Assembly: GCA_023920165.1 (NCBI GenBank)
Contig: CP089275.1
Location: 5,828,001-5,880,203 of the forward strand
Origin: Curvularia clavata
Taxonomy: Eukaryota
Direction: 5' to 3'
Length of the DNA: 52,203 nucleotides
Under the pieces are notes generated by a model. It saw nothing but the letters and a program-made list of their open reading frames with translations, was not told the origin of the DNA and made no database searches. This document shows positions 24,046-33,405 of this stretch, one piece after another. The first letter of the stretch is position 1; every line of letters begins with the position of its first letter. The position numbers and the translations under genes were made by a program.

Positions 24046-27000
24046 TTATCCCCCCTCTTAGGGTTATCGTCCCGATACCCTGGATTATCGTTTTCCCGTG
24101 CGTCGCTTGGCGCTGGTGGCTTGGATAAGTATCGAGGTATGCCCGTTGTGTCGTAGGCGCTTCTTCCTCCATGCCTTCCTAACCATGCCCAAGGTTCAAC
24201 CAACTCGTCGTGTCCGTAACCAGAATTCGACTCTTCAGCGTCGGGCCCGCGCTGACCGTATAAGGGAACAAGGCCGCGAGATGACTTTTCGGTGTAAACG
24301 TTGTGAAGAGAAGAATCTTCGTTGTTTCGTGGACACAGCATCTGGTCGCTGCGCTGGTTGTATTTCGGTTTCCGCTGAGTGTAGCCTTTTTGTTTCTGAG
24401 GAAGAGTGGGAGAAGGTCGAGGCTGAGAAGCGGCAAAAGCGTCTCGAGATTGCTCGTGCTGAGGAGCGCCAGCTTCAGGCTGCGATGGAGACTGCGCGAC
24501 TTCGGCGCGAGCTCCTAGAGGTTGAGGCGCGAGAGCGAGAATTTGCTGATCGAGATCATGCCATCTTGAGCCTTCAGGATCGTGCGCAAGAGCAGGCCGA
24601 GGGGAGCTCCGCCCCTGGTACGGACCATCCGACAACCGAACCATCGCTACCCGGACTGTCGACTGACTTGGGCTGGTTACAGGCTGACGTTTCTTACGAC
24701 CCTTTTTCACTTGATTATTTCCTTTCCCTCGAGGGTCCGTCCCTCGCTTCCGTGGATGTTTCCGATGGTACTCGCGTACCAGTGACCTGCAGTTCGTCAA
24801 GTTTCCTTCAGGTTCCCAAGTGTTGTGGCTATCTGGCCATCCTTCCCACCTGACCAAGTACTTCCACTGACCGCCTATTTTCTGTAGGTCCTTGATTTCT
24901 TCGACCGTATATTCGTCGTCCTCGAGCTCGATATCGTCCATTAGCTCGGCTTCTGGGGGTGCAGGTTCTAGCAGTTTCTTGTGAAAAACGTTGTGTATGC
25001 GCATGCCTGGTGGTAGCCGTAGTTTATAGTTTACGGGTCCCATTTTCTCTAGGATTTCGAATGGTCCTAATCGGAGATTGTCCAATTTCTTGCTTGGTCG
25101 TTTAGTTTTCAAGTTTTGTCGTGACAAGAAAACTCTGTCCCCCTTTTTAAAGGTTGGTCCCTCAATCCTTAGCTTATTCGCAGCTTTGGACGTCGTGAGG
25201 TTCCTATGAGCGATGTTCCTGCTCAATTCTTTATGCAATTCGCGCATTAGTCGGGCTTTATCGTCTGCTCCGACTGCGATACTTTCAATATCCTTTGGAT
25301 CTCGATGAGCAACCGGCTCATATCCGTAGTTCGCGTAGTGTGGCGAGTACTTCGTTGTCGCCGATCTTGAACTATTGTAAGCCAATTGTGCTGTCGGCAA
25401 GAGTTCAACCCAGTTGTCCTGCAGCTTGTTGGCGTAAAATCGCAGATACTGTTCTAGCGTTTGGTTTGTTCGTTCCGTTTGTCCGTCGGTTTCTGGGTGG
25501 AAGCTAGTCGATAGCTTCTTCTTAACTCCCAGTTTTGCTAAGAACGTTGACCAGTATTTCGATGTGAACAGCTTATCTCTGTCCGTTATGAATTCTTCGG
25601 GCATCCCGTGCTCTGATATTAGTGCTTTGGAAACTTCGTACGCGCATTCCTCTGCCGTAATTGTTTCTTCTGTGGGCACAAACTTTGCCCCTTTGGTCTG
25701 TCGACACATTATGACCAAAATGGTGTCGCAGAGTCGAGCCGATCCTGGCTCTAACGATTTCGGGAGCTTCACTATGAAGTCCATCGTTACGCTGCTCCAT
25801 GGTCGCGTTGGTGGCGGTAAGGGTTGTAACAGGCCATAGGGCTTATGTCTTTTGGGCTTGTTCTGGTGACATGCCACACAGTTGCCTACAACTTCCTGCA
25901 CCTGCGCCCTCAAGCGCGGCATATAAAACGCCTTATTCAGTCGCCTGACCATTTCGTCGATGCTTGCATGTCCGTATTCTCGTGACTCATGCAGTTCTTT
26001 GATGAGATCTTTTCTCATGTGCGTGGGTACGTAGGGTCGACTCTCGTTCCGCGGCTCACCTTTGTTCTGTAGCCCGTTGAGTTCCTTTTGTCCGTCCAAT
26101 GGTACCCATTCATTCGCTTTTTGTTGCCATTGCTGTTGCAACGTTTCCACTTGCTCGGCTATCTTGGCTAATCTAGCCAGATCCGGCTGGTTGTACCTCA
26201 AGCTGCCGTCGGGCATTCTCTTGAGTACTGCGTCGTGTGGCTCTTTGTGGCCTTTTCCGCGTAAATCGGATCTTCGGCTCAGAGCATCCGCGGCTCCGTT
26301 GAGCGATCCTGCTCGATGCGTGATTTTGAAGTCAAACTGAGCTAACATCTCAGCATATCGGACTTGTCTTCGGTTGAGTTTCTTCGTTGTCATAAAACTC
26401 GTGAGGTTCTGATGATCGGTAAAAACCTCGATCGTGTGTGGAAGTCCTAACAGGTATACTTCCCATTGTTCAAAGGCATCGACTACTCCAAGTAGTTCCT
26501 TATCGTGAACATCGTAGTTCAACTCTGCTTCGTCGAACTTTCTGGAATGGTAGAACACGGGTCTCCATTTCCCATCTGGGCACTGCTGTGACAATACAGC
26601 TCCGAGTGCGTAATCAGACGCGTCAGTCTCGAGTCTGGTTGGTCGTTGAGGATCGTACATCTCTAGTACGGGTGCCTCTAGGAACGTCTGCTTGAGCTTG
26701 TCGAAAGCTTTCTGTTGTTCCTGTTTCCATCTGAAACCTACTTCCTTCTTCGTGATCTCCGTAAGGGGTGCTGTGATCTTCGAATAATCTTTTATGAACT
26801 TCCGGTAGTAGTTCGCTAGCCCTAGGAAGGACTGAACATCCTTAACTGTTTTGGGCGTTTTCCAATCCCGTACAGCCTGTACCTTTTTTGGGTTCATTTT
26901 CACTCCTTCGGTCGAGATGATGAATCCGAGGAATTCCGTTTCCTGCGTGTGGAATTCGCATTTCCCTGGCTGCAGATATAGCTTGTATTCCTTGAGCTTT

Positions 27001-28307
27001 CTGAGCACTTTCTTGACATGTTCGATGTGTTCTTCGAGCGTTCCCTTGGAGTACACTAGTACATCGTCCAAGTAAGCTGTTGCGAAGACACCAAGGTATT
27101 CGTGGAGAGCGTTGTTGATGACTGATTGAAAGGTCGCCGGCGCATTCGTTAGGCCGAACGGCATGACCGTATACTCGAACAGTCCATACTTCGTCTTGAA
27201 CGCTGTTTTCCATTCGTCTCCTTCCTTGATCCTGATCCGATAAAATCCTTCTCGGACATCGAACTTCGTGAACCACTTGGCTCCCTGGAGTCGATCCATG
27301 AGCTCTGTTATGAGTGGTAGTGGGTACCGATTCTTTCGGGTTACCGCGTTCAACCTTCGGTAATCGACACATAGTCGCCATTTTCCGTTAGGTTTCTTTA
27401 CGAACAATATGGGTGAGGCCATCGGGCCTGACCCCGGTCTGATGAATCCTTTCTTAAGATTCTTCCGGAGGTATTCCTTGAGCTCGGCGTCGTGCTCGGG
27501 CGATATAGGATACATGCCTCCTGGCGTCAACTTTGCTCCATCCTCGAGGATGATCTCGTGATCCCAATCCTGATGTTCTGCTAAGTCTGTTGCCTCGTTT
27601 TCTTCGAATAGTTCCTTGAACTCATTCGTTCTGTATTCTTTAGGAATGTCCAACAATACGTCTTTGGGCTTTTCCTGGGGTAAGGGTCTGTCCTTCTTGG
27701 GCACGACTCGTCTTAACCAAATGACTCCTACTTGCTGAGGGTCCTTCGCATAGATTCTCGCGATCTTATGCGGTGAGATCTTGCCGAATCTCCCATCCCG
27801 GGTTGTGCACTGATTCGTCGGGCGTATCTCATGTCGTACTCCAGCAACCCTTTTCGCAGGTTCTCGGCTGAGTATCGTTCTGTTTCGCCAGTCGATGGCG
27901 GGGTTATGGGCATCCAGCCAGTCATAACCGATCAATAGATCCGTTTCTCCTAGATCCATAATGCTAATGCTCATTTGACTCTTGGTATCGGACACCTCCA
28001 GTGTCACCAGTTCTGTCTCGAGCCTTATCGTGCCTTTGCCGTATGCTACGGGCGTTTCTTCGGCCGATATTACCTGTAGCGGACGCTTCTTGCTCCGGTA
28101 TGGTATTTCGTACTTCTCTACCACTCGGGGTGAGATCATTGTTCGTGCGGCACCGCTGTCTACGATTGCCTGTAATTTGTGTCCCTGTACATACACGGTC
28201 GTTACCAATTCCTTTGGGCGATCATCGGTGTAATGTACTCGTCTTAGGGTCGTTTTAGGACTGCCTTTACCAGCGTGACCCTGTCCCTGGTGGCATCCTA
28301 GTTTTTT
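23997..28307 (-). CDS. pol: Pol: protease-RT-RNase H-integrase-chromodomain, entered by -1 frameshift from gag
   Basis: Motifs IVDSGA, LCVDYRRLN, YLDDVL, LETDASD, integrase HHCC and FITDRD..ETDGQTER; chromodomain YTVEEI..YLVRWEGWPDSHNTWEP. The stop lies inside the 3' LTR. Confidence 0.95.
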   Translation of the reverse strand, partial: KKLGCHQGQGHAGKGSPKTTLRRVHYTDDRPKELVTTVYVQGHKLQAIVDSGAARTMISPRVVEKYEIPYRSKKRPLQVISAEETPVAYGKGTIRLETELVTLEVSDTKSQMSISIMDLGETDLLIGYDWLDAHNPAIDWRNRTILSREPAKRVAGVRHEIRPTNQCTTRDGRFGKISPHKIARIYAKDPQQVGVIWLRRVVPKKDRPLPQEKPKDVLLDIPKEYRTNEFKELFEENEATDLAEHQDWDHEIILEDGAKLTPGGMYPISPEHDAELKEYLRKNLKKGFIRPGSGPMASPILFVKKPNGKWRLCVDYRRLNAVTRKNRYPLPLITELMDRLQGAKWFTKFDVREGFYRIRIKEGDEWKTAFKTKYGLFEYTVMPFGLTNAPATFQSVINNALHEYLGVFATAYLDDVLVYSKGTLEEHIEHVKKVLRKLKEYKLYLQPGKCEFHTQETEFLGFIISTEGVKMNPKKVQAVRDWKTPKTVKDVQSFLGLANYYRKFIKDYSKITAPLTEITKKEVGFRWKQEQQKAFDKLKQTFLEAPVLEMYDPQRPTRLETDASDYALGAVLSQQCPDGKWRPVFYHSRKFDEAELNYDVHDKELLGVVDAFEQWEVYLLGLPHTIEVFTDHQNLTSFMTTKKLNRRQVRYAEMLAQFDFKITHRAGSLNGAADALSRRSDLRGKGHKEPHDAVLKRMPDGSLRYNQPDLARLAKIAEQVETLQQQWQQKANEWVPLDGQKELNGLQNKGEPRNESRPYVPTHMRKDLIKELHESREYGHASIDEMVRRLNKAFYMPRLRAQVQEVVGNCVACHQNKPKRHKPYGLLQPLPPPTRPWSSVTMDFIVKLPKSLEPGSARLCDTILVIMCRQTKGAKFVPTEETITAEECAYEVSKALISEHGMPEEFITDRDKLFTSKYWSTFLAKLGVKKKLSTSFHPETDGQTERTNQTLEQYLRFYANKLQDNWVELLPTAQLAYNSSRSATTKYSPHYANYGYEPVAHRDPKDIESIAVGADDKARLMRELHKELSRNIAHRNLTTSKAANKLRIEGPTFKKGDRVFLSRQNLKTKRPSKKLDNLRLGPFEILEKMGPVNYKLRLPPGMRIHNVFHKKLLEPAPPEAELMDDIELEDDEYTVEEIKDLQKIGGQWKYLVRWEGWPDSHNTWEPEGNLTNCRSLVREYHRKHPRKRGTDPRGKGNNQVKKGRKKRQPVTSPSQSTVRVAMVRLSDGPYQGRSSPRPALAHDPEGSRWHDLDQQILALAPQPLGARAEVAQSPSQPEAGAPQHEQSRDAFAASQPRPSPTLPQKQKGYTQRKPKYNQRSDQMLCPRNNEDSSLHNVYTEKSSRGLVPLYGQRGPDAEESNSGYGHDELVEPWAWLGRHGGRSAYDTTGIPRYLSKPPAPSDARENDNPGYRDDNPKRGDNVTSNKEGSLLDDGRR
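24185..24853 (+). CDS. Antisense ORF of the retrotransposon: Zn(II)2Cys6-like cluster plus coiled coil (222 aa)
   Basis: ACCATG start; basic N-terminus; CKRC-x6-C-x8-CAGC-x6-C; then an E/R/K-rich heptad helix and an acidic tail. Confidence 0.7.
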   Translation: MPKVQPTRRVRNQNSTLQRRARADRIREQGREMTFRCKRCEEKNLRCFVDTASGRCAGCISVSAECSLFVSEEEWEKVEAEKRQKRLEIARAEERQLQAAMETARLRRELLEVEAREREFADRDHAILSLQDRAQEQAEGSSAPGTDHPTTEPSLPGLSTDLGWLQADVSYDPFSLDYFLSLEGPSLASVDVSDGTRVPVTCSSSSFLQVPKCCGYLAILPT

Positions 28308-30388
28308 GACGGTCCCCTGGACCCAAGCTTCTTTCCCTTTCTTTTCCGCGGAAAGTAGCCATGGTTCTGTTTTGCGTCCAGGTGGATTCTGCAGTTGTCG
28401 TCTGTGCAGAAGGTCCAGTGTTCGTTTGGGTGGGGGATCATTTCTTCCAGCGTCTCTGGCAGGTTGATCTCCTTTGTCCCGTGCATCCTGCACTTGATCG
28501 TCCGGCATTCCTTAGCCGCGATCGTGCCGTGCAGATGGTGATCTGCATGTCTTGCCGCGATTCTCTGTTCTCGGTGGAATCGGCATTTCTCTATGCAGTT
28601 GATCCAGCAGAGCTGCTCGTGAGCTCGTTGATGTTCTTCCTTGTGGATGTGGCAATCCAGCATGGGGCAGTCGTTTGCCCATAGATGCTTGTGATTAGGA
28701 TCATGCTCGTCCAACTTGCATTGTTCTTTAGCATCTGAGTGGAACATACAAAACCTCCTTTTGCATTCGTTCCAGGCGATCATTTCGTGATCGTCGTGTT
28801 GCTTCCATGGTGCGTGGATGGTGCAATCCAATACCTTGCATGCTTCACTTCTTAAGTGTGCGTGGCAACATTCTTCTGCGTCGTACTGGGACAGTCTCGA
28901 TTCTTCGGCATGGAACTCGCAGTAGTCTATACTGTCGCATTCGATCCAGTGCAGCTTTCTATGTTCGTCTTCGCGGTCGTTTTCTGGTTCCGGTAGCTCG
29001 TCCTTAAAGTACGGTTGTTCCTGGGCTGCCTGGGCAAGTACTTCCCTGGCCATCGGCCCTGTGACTGCAATTCTTCTTCCTCGAAGTGGGCAGCCATTGC
29101 CGTGGTGTGCTGGGTCTCCGCACATCCAGCATAAGTTTTGTGCGATCCGACGCTGGGCATCTGTGTCCTTCACGATCCAGTCGGATGGCTGTGGTGGTTC
29201 CCATTTCATGTGTTTGTCCGCTCTGACGAGCTCCGGGACAATCACATAATCCGTGTTCTCAGCTAGACGTGCTTCGTCGTAGAGGTCTAGATCGCTGAGG
29301 TCGTCGTCGGAGGGTAGTGTAGATGGCTGTGACTTCAGCATCCTGATCTTTACTACTGCCTGCTTGACTTCGTTCTTCGGGCAGTCTCTGCGGAAGTGTC
29401 CTACTTCGCCGCATCGGAGACATGCTTTGTTGTCATAACGCTTCTGGCGTTCTTCCTTGGAAAGGCCGTCCTGGCCCTTTCCTCGGGGTTTCTTGTCTCT
29501 GGTCTTTTCTTGTACTTTTCCCGTCATGATTGTATCGCCGTCCTTGTCTCGGTTGTTGCGTTGTTTCTTGGTGTTAGCCATGTTGGGTCGAAATTGCCGT
29601 TTCTTTTGTTCGTTTCGTTCCCAGATCCTATTGTCGATTCGCGTGGCCAGCTCAATCAGAGCTTGTAACGTTTCTGGCTTATCATGGTGTACTAGACCGT
29701 CTTTGACAATTTCCTTCAGACCGTCTTCGAATACCGTTCGAAGAGCTGCGTCGTCCCAATCAATTCGCGCTTGTAGCTGCTTAAACTCAGCTGTGTAAGC
29801 CGAAACGGACGTGGTCTGCTTCAGGCGTGTGATCGCTTTCTCTGCTTGGTTCTTGGCGTCGACCTCTCCGAAGACACGTCCCATTTCATCCTTGAAGTTG
29901 TTCCAACTTGCGAATAGGGCCTTGGTTTCTTCCTTGGTCCCTTTGGTCTTTATTGACGATAGGTAGTCCTCCACATATGGTTGGACCCAGTTAGCCGCTT
30001 TTCCTTTCATATGCGTACTGGCCATGAGGATCTTTTCCTGATCACTAGGTACCTCGTTGAATTCGCAGTATAGGTCGATGGTGGTGAGGAACGTTCGTAG
30101 GTCGTTACGGTTTCCGTCATACTTTTCGGGAGTTGCCATCTTAGGTTTCTTGACAACCTTTTCGTTTGGCGTAGCCATCAGCTGACTCATAAGCTGATTA
30201 ACCATATTCTGCATTTCGATCATCTGCTGTGCCTGAGCCTGGTGCTCGCGTCTGAGATTGGCAAGTTCCCACTCAGGAGTCCCTGGGGCATGCTCGTTGC
30301 CCACTCCCTGGGTGCTTCCGGCCATGTTGATGTCCTGTGCGGGAGCCGGTCCCTGGACGTTGACATACTCGTTGGAGTTGCGTGACAT
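28298..30388 (-). CDS. gag: Gag (696 aa) with two CCHC knuckles and a His/Cys repeat array
   Basis: PEKYDG..LRTFL and LKQTTSVSAYTAEF capsid-like motifs; knuckles CLRCGEVGHFRRDC and CWMCGDPAHHGNGC; ends TCA AAA AAC TAG. Confidence 0.93.
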   Translation of the reverse strand: MSRNSNEYVNVQGPAPAQDINMAGSTQGVGNEHAPGTPEWELANLRREHQAQAQQMIEMQNMVNQLMSQLMATPNEKVVKKPKMATPEKYDGNRNDLRTFLTTIDLYCEFNEVPSDQEKILMASTHMKGKAANWVQPYVEDYLSSIKTKGTKEETKALFASWNNFKDEMGRVFGEVDAKNQAEKAITRLKQTTSVSAYTAEFKQLQARIDWDDAALRTVFEDGLKEIVKDGLVHHDKPETLQALIELATRIDNRIWERNEQKKRQFRPNMANTKKQRNNRDKDGDTIMTGKVQEKTRDKKPRGKGQDGLSKEERQKRYDNKACLRCGEVGHFRRDCPKNEVKQAVVKIRMLKSQPSTLPSDDDLSDLDLYDEARLAENTDYVIVPELVRADKHMKWEPPQPSDWIVKDTDAQRRIAQNLCWMCGDPAHHGNGCPLRGRRIAVTGPMAREVLAQAAQEQPYFKDELPEPENDREDEHRKLHWIECDSIDYCEFHAEESRLSQYDAEECCHAHLRSEACKVLDCTIHAPWKQHDDHEMIAWNECKRRFCMFHSDAKEQCKLDEHDPNHKHLWANDCPMLDCHIHKEEHQRAHEQLCWINCIEKCRFHREQRIAARHADHHLHGTIAAKECRTIKCRMHGTKEINLPETLEEMIPHPNEHWTFCTDDNCRIHLDAKQNHGYFPRKRKGKKLGSRGPSKN

Positions 30389-30449
30389 GGTGATATCTCA
30401 ATCGGACGCTTGGTGTTAAACCGCTTACCGAATCCGTGGGTGGTCAAAG

Positions 30450-30956
30450 TGTTACACGGGGTCCTACTGGTTAGTTGGGAATATACTTACCTAGCCTAGA
30501 TTCCGGGTTAGGGCGAGGCCAGTTTCTATGAAGTATACCGTGAGGTAGTTGTCTGGCGATTCGGTGGTAGGGATTAACGGAAGATAGACAAAACCAATCC
30601 TATTGGAAGATAGAATAACTAGTATCAATCTGAGTATGAAAGGTAACTATGAAAGATACTTTGCTGAGTTGACCACAACGAGTGTAATAATGAAATCCAA
30701 CACATTCTTATACCCATTGCTTCCGGTCCTGTCCTCACTGTCCTCACGGAATAACCCCTGTGTTCTCTGAAGTCCCTGAAGTCACTTTGGTCACGTGTGA
30801 GCGTGTCCTCACATACTAGCGTGGTTTCCCGGTCTTGGCCTGAGGCCAGTCATGTGATCGCCCTTCCGCGGGGATCATTACCTTCTGACGTGTCGCCCAA
30901 TGGTCTCCTACCTGCGGCCATCGTCAAGGAGAGATCCTTCTTTGTTACTTGTAACA
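30450..30956 (-). repeat. 5' LTR (507 bp)
   Basis: Upstream of gag; TATAAGAA on the minus strand at 30712-30705. Confidence 0.96.
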
Positions 30957-32389
30957 TGGATCTCGAGCCGAATTTTCTCGAAATAGGCCAAAATACCACC
31001 AAAATCCAAAAATATACTCTACTAAAAATACAAGTACGTTTAAAAATATTTCTAATAAGCCAAAATATAGTTATATGTATATATAACTATATATATATAT
31101 TATATTTTATATATCTAGCTGACTAAGCCAATTTTTAGCCCATGATATAACTATCCAAGTTTGGGGAGCTATTTGGATAGGTGGCAGATCCAATCTAGTG
31201 GTTATTAAGACGCCAAATAGCGTAGTAAAACATCGAAATCACCACTATATTAGAAAATGTCTAATACCATATATAAAACCGAATATAAAACGCGGTAAGT
31301 TCTGCTATATATTTTTACTTATATATATATATATATATCTAAATATATAAATATATATATATATAAGTCTAACTATACAGTTATAGTTAGCTAATCTATA
31401 TCTATTTAGGCTGGAAATTCCAACAAGATAACGCAACAATCCACAAAGCTAGAAACGTTTTAGACTGGTTTAAGCGCCATAAGATTACACTTTTCGACCA
31501 TCCAGCGTATAGCCCAGATCTAAATCCAATAGAAAACGTATGGAGCTTGCTTAAAAATCGGCTTACTAAGCTGCCAAGCTCTAGTCTTGGCATTGGCGCT
31601 AGTGAGACTAGTATAAATACGTTTATTACAGCTATTCACCAAGAGTGGCATAAAATACCACAAAAAGACATAGATAGCTGTATTTTATCTATGCCCAAAC
31701 GCTATAATAGAGTAGTGGAAGCTAAGGGCTGGTATACAAAATATCAGATAGTAATTTACTATTATTATCTTGTATATTTACTAAAATATAAGTTATATAT
31801 ATATCTTCTAATTTAGATAAATAACTATAGCTATAAAAAATATATATTATATATGTATACTAATAGTATATATCTATATATAGATAGCTATATAAATTGC
31901 AAGATCTCAGCGCGAAAAATACGTGTAAAGTTGACGTTTTTTTTTCTCACTAGTTTAGCTTTGTTTTATAAGAGCTATTTACTTACTAAACTTTTTTTTA
32001 GATTATAGACTAGAAGAGCTGGTAATTCTCTATACAAATCTTAAGCTTTTATATTTTTAGCTATTTTATTAGCTAAGATATAGCCTAGTGAAAAATGCTA
32101 TTTTTCCTTGTGATCTTTTTTCGTGTCACCCCACTGTATATATCTATAGTGCTCGCAACGTTTAGTTAGAGAAGTCTAAAAATTTCTTAGTAGTATCTGT
32201 ATAAGGAGCGTTCCTCTCTAGCTTATATATAAAGAATAGACTAAGACCCTTTCTTAGAGCTGCGCTACTAAAGGAGTTATATAATATATGCCCCCGCGTT
32301 ATATATGACCTGGTCGACTGGTTGTCGATACTTCTTATCTTGACCACCATGTCTCCTCATTCCAGGTTCGTAACACTTTTATATATATC

Positions 32390-32564
32390 AATACTAGTTA
32401 TTCTATTTTTTTAATAGAATCTGTTTTATCTATCTTTAGTTATTCTCTACTTCTGAATCGCTAGATAACTACTTTATAGTATATTTTATAGATACTAGTC
32501 TCGCCCTAATCTAGAATCTAGGCTAGGTAAGTATATTCCCACTAACCTAGGACCCCGTGTAATA
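32390..32564 (+). mobile_element. RIPed partial LTR of the same gypsy family, opposite orientation
   Basis: ATACTAGTTATTCTAT...TCGCCCTAAT..GGCTAGGTAAGTATATTCCC..GGACCCCGTGTAATA matches the reverse complement of 23539-23715 with C>T and G>A changes. Confidence 0.85.
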
Positions 32565-32705
32565 ATTAAAGTAGCGTATACGTAGAAGTTACAAACAATA
32601 GTATTAGTATAAATAGTAGAAGTATATTAAATTAAGTCTATATATTGGTGCAAATCATAAGTAATAACTTTGTTGTTTGTAGTCAAAGTACTCTGATAGC
32701 ATTAG

Positions 32706-32850
32706 TGTTAGACTAAGAGCTAGATTAAAGTACAGTACAAAATACATCAGGTGTATTAGAGCAAACAGTCATATTGTTACGAGAAGAATCACGTAGGCAA
32801 TACGAGTCGAAATCGGCCCAGTATAGACCAGATTAGACTGGGTCCTGACA
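32706..32850. mobile_element. Short diverged solo LTR related to 22755-22963, inverted
   Basis: Begins TGTTAGACT and ends GGTCCTGACA, the reverse complements of the two ends of the 209-bp LTR. TSD imperfect (ATTAG/AGGAG). Confidence 0.6.
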
Positions 32851-33405
32851 AGGAGTATGTTTCACTTAAACTCCTCTTCTATTGTTATACGCCTTTGCTG
32901 TTAAAATATACTACAATCTAAATTACATCACGTTCGATACAACTTACGCATTTATAGATAAGGTTAGTATAATAAGTAAAAAGTAATTCAACGCGGTGAA
33001 GTTACACCTCCCCAGCAGCTGATGCTGCTTGTGTCTAGCCTAGGCTTAGTGATTTTTATAACTACCCCAGCAATCTGCATTGCCTGCTTGAATCAGGTGA
33101 CAGGTTTTCCATAGGCTGTAGACTTAAACCAAACATATCCCTATATATAAGAAGTTCAAAGAAGATCCCTTGCACTTCAATCAAGAATTTTCAAATTCAC
33201 ACAAAAGTTCCAGTCCTTCTTTTGCCCTCAGGATCATTACGCATGTCACAGTAAAGCTTAATGCAATCAGAAGTCGCCACAAAAAAGCCTATGACTTTTA
33301 ATTCGTGTATACATATGGATCGATATGTCTTGTTGCCAAGACTTAACCCTGATCCATCTGAGATCGTAAACTTATCCCGTGTCAAGGTCCTCGAATCCTA
33401 TCCGC

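Larger units (their letters stand above)
23539..30956 (-). mobile_element. Full-length, apparently intact Ty3/gypsy chromovirus LTR retrotransposon
   Basis: Two 507-bp TG..CA LTRs, 5-bp TSD TGGAT (23534-38, 30957-61), polypurine tract AAGAGGGGGATAA (minus strand, 24046-58), and open gag and pol. Confidence 0.97.
23058..31816 (+). pseudogene. Tc1 transposase split by the gypsy insertion; coding parts 23058-23538, 30962-31033, 31139-31294, 31410-about 31816
   Basis: Motifs VIFSDES, VWGAIW, FQQDNATIH, SPDLNPIENVW and GWYTKY; 34 residues lie between the second D and E. The frame is continuous once the retroelement and two GT-AG introns are removed. Confidence 0.88.
22387..32136 (+). mobile_element. 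Tc1/mariner (DD34E) DNA transposon with long TIRs, carrying two nested LTR insertions
   Basis: TA target duplication at 22385-86 and 32137-38. TIRs start CAGTGGGGTGACACGAAAAAAGATC, match over about 140 bp and stay similar to about 320 bp. Confidence 0.93.
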
